A stretch of DNA of 11,257 nucleotides from the NCBI GenBank assembly GCA_051652765.1, contig JBOFUV010000154.1, forward strand, positions 1 to 11,257. Direction: 5' to 3'. The position numbers and the translations under genes are program-made. This DNA comes from Microcoleaceae cyanobacterium (GTDB lineage Bacteria; Cyanobacteriota; Cyanobacteriia; Cyanobacteriales; Microcoleaceae). Shown here piece after piece: positions 1 to 5,681 of this stretch; within the stretch, counting starts at the first letter, position 1; each line of letters begins with the position of its first letter. The notes below the pieces were generated by a model that saw only the letters and a list, made by a program, of their open reading frames with translations, did not search any database and was not told the DNA's origin.

Positions 1-419
1 TCGCCAATGTTCAAGATCACATTCAAGGTCACCCTAAAGACTACTGTTTTACCTGGAATACGGCTTCACTGACCTTATCCCAGCATCGGTTCAATGACTT
101 TTTACATCAAGCAGACTTGGCGATCGCCATGGCTGGAACCGCTACTGAACAGTTTGTTGGATTGGGGAAACCGGCTATTGCTCTGCCCGGTCGTGGGCCT
201 CAGTTTACTGAACAGTTTGCCGAGGCTCAAAGTCGGTTACTAGGAGAATCTTTGATCCTAGTGGCAGATCCCATAAAAGTGCCAGAGGTGGTCAAATCCC
301 TGTTGCACAATCCTGATCGGTTGCACCAAATTGCAGAAAATGGTAGACAACGCATGGGGCAGCCCGGAGCCGCTCGCCGCATTGCTGAATGTTTGTTGGA
401 ACGGTTAGCTCCAGATTAA
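1..419 (+). CDS. Lipid-A-disaccharide synthase-related protein (TIGR03492-like glycosyltransferase fold), 5'-truncated
   Basis: The frame is open from position 3 (ANVQDHIQ...ADLAIAM) to TAA at 417-419. C-terminal motifs AIAMAGTATEQFVGLGKP, PGRGPQFT, FAEAQSRLLG and RMGQPGAARRIA match this cyanobacterial family as I recall it. Confidence 0.85.
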   Translation, partial: ANVQDHIQGHPKDYCFTWNTASLTLSQHRFNDFLHQADLAIAMAGTATEQFVGLGKPAIALPGRGPQFTEQFAEAQSRLLGESLILVADPIKVPEVVKSLLHNPDRLHQIAENGRQRMGQPGAARRIAECLLERLAPD

Positions 420-428
420 CTTACCGTT

Positions 429-469
429 AGCTTGAAGTTGGCTTTAACTCAGCTTCCAGTTGGCTTCAA
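429..469. repeat. Imperfect 22-bp-period direct repeat
   Basis: agcttgaagttggctttaa (429-447) vs agcttccagttggcttcaa (451-469), 16/19 identical. The ends cttgaag (431-437) and cttcaag (464-470) are also inverted repeats. Lies between convergent genes. Confidence 0.6.
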
Positions 470-512
470 GGGTTTAGTTTCTGGTTCAACAATGCCTCCA
501 AACTGATGCCAT

Positions 513-539
513 AGACGACTAGTTAGCAGACGACTAGTT
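513..539. repeat. 12-bp direct repeat covering the DUF3747 stop codon
   Basis: agacgactagtt at 513-524 and 528-539 (15-bp period). Confidence 0.8.
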
Positions 540-1091
540 GGATATGGCATCAATCGTAAAATAAATATGGCCAACGGCTTTATCGTTGTAAGTTCGCTTG
601 GTGAATCTCCAACCTGGTTCTAAGATAATCTTGCTAAACCCAGGGGAAAAACCATCCGTTCTGCCAATTACAATCGGAGCGGCGTAAACATCAACCCTTG
701 ACGTTGCAACTAGTACGATGTCATTTTCAGTACCTTGAACACTCAACGTATGGGTGAGGGCTAGATCTTTGTCCCCGATGCGTACAGAATAACCGTTGCC
801 GTCTGTGGCTCTTCCGCAAATCCCAGTAAAGTCGAAGCTGAGTAACAAGGGATCAACTTGCACAGGACGATTGCCACTTTCCTGCCAACAGGGTCGGCTA
901 TCAGAAACCTGCTCCACAATGACCAGAGAATGCCCATAACGGCGGGGCACGGCGATCGCTATAAATCGAGACTGATCAACCTCCTTCTGCCCAAATTCAA
1001 CTGCAGCAGTTTTGATCCCACTTCCAAGAGCGAGTAATGCAAAACTGACTCCGGCTAGGGCGACTCTGAACTCAGCTCTGATTACCATCAC
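534..1091 (-). CDS. DUF3747 domain-containing secreted protein
   Basis: Signal-peptide-like N-terminus followed by FGQKEVDQSRFIAIA, EQVSDSRPCWQESG, VDPLLLSFDFTGICGRATDGNGYSVR and LEPGWRFTKRTY, typical of cyanobacterial DUF3747. The start could be GTG 1091 or ATG 1088. Confidence 0.85.
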   Translation of the reverse strand: MMVIRAEFRVALAGVSFALLALGSGIKTAAVEFGQKEVDQSRFIAIAVPRRYGHSLVIVEQVSDSRPCWQESGNRPVQVDPLLLSFDFTGICGRATDGNGYSVRIGDKDLALTHTLSVQGTENDIVLVATSRVDVYAAPIVIGRTDGFSPGFSKIILEPGWRFTKRTYNDKAVGHIYFTIDAISN

Positions 1092-1149
1092 AGTCCTAAT
1101 CCTAAACCCGTTCTAAGAAAACTATAGCCCACCTTAGGCAGCTTCAGAG

Positions 1150-1179
1150 AAGAGTTGGGCCGATGATCAACCGACTCTT
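1150..1179. other. Stem-loop between the MBL gene and the DUF3747 gene (possible terminator or processing site)
   Basis: aagagttgg (1150-1158) / ccgactctt (1171-1179): 9-bp stem with one non-Watson-Crick position and a 12-nt loop. No clear U-tract. Confidence 0.35.
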
Positions 1180-1266
1180 AAATGCCCTGGGTTGCATCGT
1201 TGGGTTAAAGTCAATGTCTAGATTGGATGGATTTCCGTTCCCGAATATGAATATTCAGCCAAACTT

Positions 1267-2184
1267 TCAAAGGCTCTTGACTACTCCCACGGGTAACACT
1301 AGCCCCTCTTTGGCCATCACCGCTGTTGGAGAAACAGCTCGAACTTGCTGTTCAATTTCGTCGAGTAAATTATCGCTATGAGTCGGATCATGATGGAAAA
1401 TCACAACTTGCTTTACCCCTGCAGCCTGAGCCATTTTCACAGCCTCTTGCCAAGTAGAATGTCCCCAGCCTTTCTTGGGCGACTTAACGTTATGGTACTC
1501 CTCGTCCGTATACATCGCGTCATAGATCAACACATCAGCACCCTGGGCCAGACTCAAGACATTCTCATCTAACCCATCGGGGAAATGCTCGGTGTCTGAA
1601 CAGTAAACCGCTGTTTTGCCATTCCAGGTGACTCGGTACCCCATAGCAGTGTTGGGATGATTTAACTGCCCCGTTTGAATCTCTATGCCGTCTAAAACAA
1701 CGCGATCGCCCACTTGGAGTTCATTGAACTTCAGATCTGCCCGAATCCCCTTCAGCGGTACAGGAGAATTGGGGTGCAGAATCCGCTCGATAAAGTGCTG
1801 CTTCATCGATGTTCCATCTGGGGGAATTGCACCGTAAATTTTAAAACAATTACCAGGGACAAACGCCGGAATAAACAACGGAAATCCCTGAATATGATCC
1901 CAGTGATAGTGAGTAAAAAACATATAGGCTTCAACGGGCATTTCCTGGAGAAGGCTATCCCCCAGAACCCGAAGCCCCGTCCCCCCATCAAAAATTAATC
2001 GCTTACCCCCCACCCGCATTTCAATGCAAGAAGTATTCCCTCCATAGCGGATAGTCTCTATACCGGGAGTTGGAACACTGCCTCGAACTCCCCAAAACTG
2101 AACCACAAACTCTTCAGAACTGATTGAGACAGAATCTGAGGGAGAAGTTGCTAACACTGATTCCACAGATGGGATAGTCTTCAT
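1267..2184 (-). CDS. MBL-fold metallo-hydrolase (RNase Z / phosphodiesterase-like, Lactamase_B_2 type)
   Basis: [25 protein letters not shown], metal motif THYHWDH (HxHxDH), DTEH, YDAMYT, GWGHSTW and FHHDP. Confidence 0.9.
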   Translation of the reverse strand: MKTIPSVESVLATSPSDSVSISSEEFVVQFWGVRGSVPTPGIETIRYGGNTSCIEMRVGGKRLIFDGGTGLRVLGDSLLQEMPVEAYMFFTHYHWDHIQGFPLFIPAFVPGNCFKIYGAIPPDGTSMKQHFIERILHPNSPVPLKGIRADLKFNELQVGDRVVLDGIEIQTGQLNHPNTAMGYRVTWNGKTAVYCSDTEHFPDGLDENVLSLAQGADVLIYDAMYTDEEYHNVKSPKKGWGHSTWQEAVKMAQAAGVKQVVIFHHDPTHSDNLLDEIEQQVRAVSPTAVMAKEGLVLPVGVVKSL

Positions 2185-3284
2185 AATTCATCTTGTTTCA
2201 AAGTTCTACATTGACCCTGATGACGTAACAAATGGTCACATAAGACCAAAGCAACCATCGCTTCCACCATTGGCACCGCTCTCGGAAGCACGCAGGGATC
2301 ATGTCGCCCCTTCGCGGCCAATTGCGCTGCCTCTCCGGTATACATCACCGTCTGCTGTTCTTTCCGAATCGTGGCAGTCGGCTTAAATGCAACTCGCAAA
2401 ATAATGTTTTCACCATTTGAAATTCCGCCTTGGATGCCGCCAGAGCGATTCGTCACCGTCCGAATTCGACCTTGGGCATCTGTAAAAAATTCATCATTGT
2501 GCTCACTTCCTGTGAGTAATGTGCCCGCAAACCCAGATCCAATTTCGAACCCTTTGCTGGCGGGAAGAGACAAAACTCCTTTAGCCAAATCCGCTTCTAA
2601 TTTGTCAAACACAGGAGAGCCTAATCCAACTGGAACATGGCGGGCTACACATTCAACGACTCCGCCAATCGAGTCTCCCTGATCCCGCACGTGTTCGATT
2701 AACTCAATCATCTGTTCGGCTCGCTCCGTATCCGGACATCGAACAATATTGCTTTCAACTTGCTCTAGGGTTACAGTGTCAGGATCAATAACTCCTTCAA
2801 GATGCTGAATCCGCTTCACATAGCCGACAATCTCAACACCACAAAACTGCCTCAGAACCTTTTTGGCGATCGCCCCCGCTGCGACCCGACCAATCGTTTC
2901 CCGTGCAGACGACCGCCCTCCTCCCTGCCAGTTCCGAATTCCATACTTCGCATCGTAGGTGGCATCGGCGTGGGAAGGGCGATACTTGATTGCCATCTCA
3001 CTATAGTCCTGAGGGCGGGTATCCTGATTTCTGACTAGAACTGTAATCGGAGTCCCTAAGGTCTTGCCCTCAAACACACCGCTCAAAATCTCACAGACAT
3101 CAGCTTCCTTGCGAGGGGTTGTAATTTTACTCTGACCGGGTCGTCGCCGATCTAGTTCAGCTTGAATCTCGGTCGCATCAAGGGCCATACAAGGCGGACA
3201 ACCATCAATCACAACTCCTACTCCCCCACCGTGGGACTCCCCGAAAGTTGTAATTCTAAATAGATGCCCAAACGTATTGCCCAT
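2181..3284 (-). CDS. aroC: Chorismate synthase
   Basis: [61 protein letters not shown] and [19 protein letters not shown] signatures. Confidence 0.98.
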   Translation of the reverse strand: MGNTFGHLFRITTFGESHGGGVGVVIDGCPPCMALDATEIQAELDRRRPGQSKITTPRKEADVCEILSGVFEGKTLGTPITVLVRNQDTRPQDYSEMAIKYRPSHADATYDAKYGIRNWQGGGRSSARETIGRVAAGAIAKKVLRQFCGVEIVGYVKRIQHLEGVIDPDTVTLEQVESNIVRCPDTERAEQMIELIEHVRDQGDSIGGVVECVARHVPVGLGSPVFDKLEADLAKGVLSLPASKGFEIGSGFAGTLLTGSEHNDEFFTDAQGRIRTVTNRSGGIQGGISNGENIILRVAFKPTATIRKEQQTVMYTGEAAQLAAKGRHDPCVLPRAVPMVEAMVALVLCDHLLRHQGQCRTLKQDEL

Positions 3285-3509
3285 AAAAGTATTAAGTCCC
3301 TTAGACTCCTGATTCTAACAAACCTTGGAATCCCTATTTACTGATCCCAATCACACCCATCAAACCTGCTACGCTGCTGCACAACTTTTCAGAAAAAAGC
3401 TACAGTAATCGGGGAAATCAACACATTCTCTCCTCTGCCAACCTTCAAAATCGAAGTACTGTTAACCTCGACTCTTGAACTATGTAAATTAGTGTTGAGC
3501 TTGCGAGAC

Positions 3510-3551
3510 CCAACACTCTCAGACCAACATTCTCAGACCAACACTCTCAAA
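3510..3551. repeat. 14-bp tandem repeat, 3 copies
   Basis: ccaacactctcaga (3510-3523), ccaacattctcaga (3524-3537), ccaacactctcaaa (3538-3551). Confidence 0.9.
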
Positions 3552-3700
3552 GGCTTGTTGAGTTTCACACTTTTCTACCCAACCTATAGAACTGATGCGA
3601 ACAGACCCCTAGCTTTACAGGCAGTCCTCATCAATGCTCAGGTCATTCAAGTTGTTAAAAAGTTGCTGATACTTCAGACTACTCAAAATATTTCTGAGAG

Positions 3701-3832
3701 TTAATCTTCGTGATCTTCGTAGGGATCGCTCAGTTCAGCAGAAGGGGGGCCAAAAGCAGTATAGATGGCATAGGCAGTGATGCTAACAACAACTGCTGCG
3801 ATGGAAATGTTAAGAGCTATTGCAGGTTCCAT
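3701..3832 (-). CDS. psbN: Photosystem II assembly protein PsbN (43 aa; absent from the ORF track)
   Basis: Hand translation: MEPAIALNISIAAVVVSITAYAIYTAFGPPSAELSDPYEDHED*. One TM helix plus the YxIYTAFGPPS..L.DP.EDHED signature, divergent from psbH as usual. Confidence 0.97.
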   Translation of the reverse strand: MEPAIALNISIAAVVVSITAYAIYTAFGPPSAELSDPYEDHED

Positions 3833-3840
3833 AGGATTGA

Positions 3841-3868
3841 TTGATTATGAGCCGTACCCCTCTATAAT
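3841..3868 (+). promoter_or_regulatory. Putative sigma70-type promoter of psbH
   Basis: TTGATT (3841-3846), a 16-nt spacer, then TATAAT (3863-3868), 48 nt upstream of the psbH ATG. Confidence 0.5.
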
Positions 3869-3886
3869 ATTACGAAACATTAAAAA
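3869..3886. promoter_or_regulatory. HLR1-like (RpaB) direct repeat in the psbN/psbH divergent promoter
   Basis: ATTACGAA-AC-ATTAAAAA has the 8-2-8 layout of the HLR1 consensus (G/T)TTACA(T/A)(T/A)-N2-repeat, with mismatches. Confidence 0.4.
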
Positions 3887-3916
3887 ATGTTGTTAATCTT
3901 GATTGGCAGGTGACTT

Positions 3917-4120
3917 ATGGCACAACGAACTTGGCTAGGTGACGTTCTGCGTCCCTTGAATGCAGAATATGGAAAAGTTGCTCCAGGTTGGGGTACGGCT
4001 CCACTGATGGCTGTTTTTATTTTGCTTTTCTTCTTGTTTTTAGTGATTATTCTGCAGATCTACAATTCTTCTCTGTTGTTAGAAAATGTGGATGTAGACT
4101 GGGCAAACTTGACTCGCTAA
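3917..4120 (+). CDS. psbH: Photosystem II reaction centre protein PsbH
   Basis: [27 protein letters not shown], one TM helix, then QIYNSS. Confidence 0.98.
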   Translation: MAQRTWLGDVLRPLNAEYGKVAPGWGTAPLMAVFILLFFLFLVIILQIYNSSLLLENVDVDWANLTR

Positions 4121-4321
4121 CATCCCGGCGGTTTAGCCTTAGGGTTAGCTGAGCTTAGAGAAGTTGAGGGCATGAGTACTAGAGGTTGAGCAAGGATAAT
4201 GACTCCTGCCTTTTCTGGTTGCTGATGCCCTTTGTGCTGAGGATAAGAGGTTGTCGCAGTTCAAGAAGGTTTCATCCTCTAGCTGAGATGAGGCGATGCT
4301 TTGAGGTTGGATGCTTGCAAC

Positions 4322-4402
4322 GTGGACATTTCATAAGTCATTTATTTCATGCATCGTTCATCTTAATAAATCATTCATTTCATAAGTCATTCATTTCATA
4401 AA
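4322..4402. repeat. Degenerate ~16-bp tandem array (5 units) upstream of the aminopropyltransferase gene
   Basis: gtggacatttcataag / tcatttatttcatgca / tcgttcatcttaataaa / tcattcatttcataag / tcattcatttcataaa, starting at 4322, 4338, 4354, 4371 and 4387. Confidence 0.8.
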
Positions 4403-4455
4403 GTATTGCTGATTGTAGTTAAAATCTAAGTGTTTTAGAGTCGCGCAAGTGTAAC

Positions 4456-4461
4456 AGGAGG
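4456..4461 (+). promoter_or_regulatory. Shine-Dalgarno site
   Basis: AGGAGG, 4 nt before the ATG at 4466. Confidence 0.8.
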
Positions 4462-4465
4462 TCTC

Positions 4466-5443
4466 ATGGCTGGTAACCCAGTGAAGGCAGATTTTTGGTT
4501 GAGTGACTACTTGACTCCCTGGGATGTCTATCTCCATGGCGTGACCCGTATCCTGGCTTACAAAAAAACGGCCTATCAAGAAATGTACATTGTTGAGACC
4601 GGAAGCTACGATAGAGTCTTGCTTCTAGACGGCAAGTGTCAGTCTACAACCAAGGACGAGTTTATCTATCACGAAGCCTTGGTTCATCCGGCGATGATTT
4701 ACCAAAGAGCCCCTCGAACTGTTTTAATCCTGGGCGGCGGAGAAGGGGCTGTTCTCCGGGAGGTGTTACGATGGCGAACGGTGGAACGGGTCGTCATGGT
4801 CGATATTGATGGGGAAGTCGTGGATGCCTGTCGTCAATATTTACCGGAAATGAGTGCAGGAACGTTTGAAGATCCTCGAGTAGAATTGATTATTGGCGAT
4901 GCCTTTGCCTACGTAGAGACGGCTCAACCCGAGTGGGACGTGGTGATCTCGGATTTGTCTGATCCCGTTGAAGACGGGCCGTCGTTTAAGCTGTTTACAA
5001 AAGAATACTTTGAGAAAATTCGAGGGGTTCTAAACCCGCAAGGACTTGTATCAGTGCAAGCCGGATCAACTGGAGTTGCCCAAATGCAAATTCATGTGCG
5101 CTTGATTCGAACTTTAATGGATGTCTTTCCCGCTGTTCGCCCTTACGGTATTGCGATTCCAAGTTTTTGTGAACCTTGGGGGTTTGCCTTAGCTGCTTTG
5201 CAAGAGATTCCTCAGCCCGATCCAACTCAGGTCGATCAACTTCTCAGTGAGCAGATCACTGGAAACCTGCAAATGTTGGATGGTTCAGCCTTGCTAGGAT
5301 TATTACAAATTCCCACTTATCTGCGACAGGCGATCGCGATCGAAACTCAACGCTATACCCTAGCAGATCCCCCCAAAGACTTTGGGACAGGAATTTTAAA
5401 AGGAGATTTCAAGGGAACCCCAACAAAATTCCCTGTTTTCTAA
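4466..5443 (+). CDS. speE: Polyamine aminopropyltransferase (spermidine synthase family)
   Basis: LLLDGKCQS, DEFIYHEALVHPAM, VLILGGGEGAVLREVL, VMVDIDGEVV, IGDA, DVVISDLSDP and LFTKEYF motifs, with a strong RBS. Substrate specificity is uncertain. Confidence 0.9.
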   Translation: MAGNPVKADFWLSDYLTPWDVYLHGVTRILAYKKTAYQEMYIVETGSYDRVLLLDGKCQSTTKDEFIYHEALVHPAMIYQRAPRTVLILGGGEGAVLREVLRWRTVERVVMVDIDGEVVDACRQYLPEMSAGTFEDPRVELIIGDAFAYVETAQPEWDVVISDLSDPVEDGPSFKLFTKEYFEKIRGVLNPQGLVSVQAGSTGVAQMQIHVRLIRTLMDVFPAVRPYGIAIPSFCEPWGFALAALQEIPQPDPTQVDQLLSEQITGNLQMLDGSALLGLLQIPTYLRQAIAIETQRYTLADPPKDFGTGILKGDFKGTPTKFPVF

Positions 5444-5459
5444 CTGCTTTGTCAATCGT

Positions 5460-5500
5460 TGTGTTTTTTGTTACACCAAATTTTATTGCCTCAGTAGGAT
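5460..5500 (+). promoter_or_regulatory. Candidate NtcA-type site plus -10 box upstream of the GGDEF/EAL gene
   Basis: TGTG-ttttttgt-TACA (5460-5475), a GTG-N8-TAC variant of GTA-N8-TAC. TAGGAT (TAN3T, 5495-5500) follows 20 nt after the TAC. Confidence 0.4.
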
Positions 5501-5579
5501 TACGCTCCCCGCCTACAACGCTTTTCATTGCCAACGGAACAGTGATGGCTGGAGGTTGGCAATGTTTGTTGCTGAGGTA
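5487..5579. other. Predicted branched RNA structure in the intergenic region
   Basis: Perfect 10-bp inverted repeat cattgccaac (5526-5535) / gttggcaatg (5555-5564), enclosed by caac/gttg (5516-5519 / 5568-5571) and tgcctcag/ctgaggta (5487-5494 / 5572-5579). Side hairpin tagg/ccta (5495-5498 / 5512-5515). Confidence 0.45.
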
Positions 5580-5681
5580 TTCCTCCCCTGAACTCCTGAT
5601 CGGTACACTGACTAGAATGAAACCATAGAGCATCTGATACTCGAGAGAGTAGTCAATTTTAGATAGACTCAGTGAAAGTTA

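Noticed and set aside
1163..3038. Short ORFs overlapping the MBL and aroC genes
   Set aside because: They are antisense or alternate-frame shadows of well-supported genes.
3492..3704. 70-aa + strand ORF
   Set aside because: GTG start with no RBS, runs through the 14-bp repeat, converges on psbN, and has no recognisable motif.
4146..4309. Scattered GAGGTTG (4182, 4247, 4303) and short inverted repeats after psbH
   Set aside because: Only 6-8-bp matches with irregular spacing, which I cannot distinguish from chance.
4352..4375. ATCGTTCATC resembling the 5' end of the glnA glutamine riboswitch
   Set aside because: The downstream GGAAGTA and GAAGGAACG elements are absent, and the match is a degenerate unit of the tandem array.
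3510..4402. Repeat clusters at 3510-3551 and 4322-4402 as mini-CRISPR arrays
   Set aside because: Units are 14-17 bp, directly abutting, with no unique spacers, and there are no cas genes in the window.
4186..4579. ORFs 4186-4401 (+) and 4391-4579 (-)
   Set aside because: They translate the repeat array or lie antisense to speE, have atypical composition, and do not resemble TatA.
5409..5633. 74-aa minus-strand ORF across the speE-DGC gap
   Set aside because: No RBS or recognisable motif and it overlaps speE. It is not supportable without ribosome profiling.
5444..5681. Known c-di-GMP-I/II, SAM, TPP or cobalamin riboswitch upstream of the GGDEF/EAL gene
   Set aside because: I could not find their conserved sequence elements by eye on either strand. 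The region is kept only as an unassigned structure.
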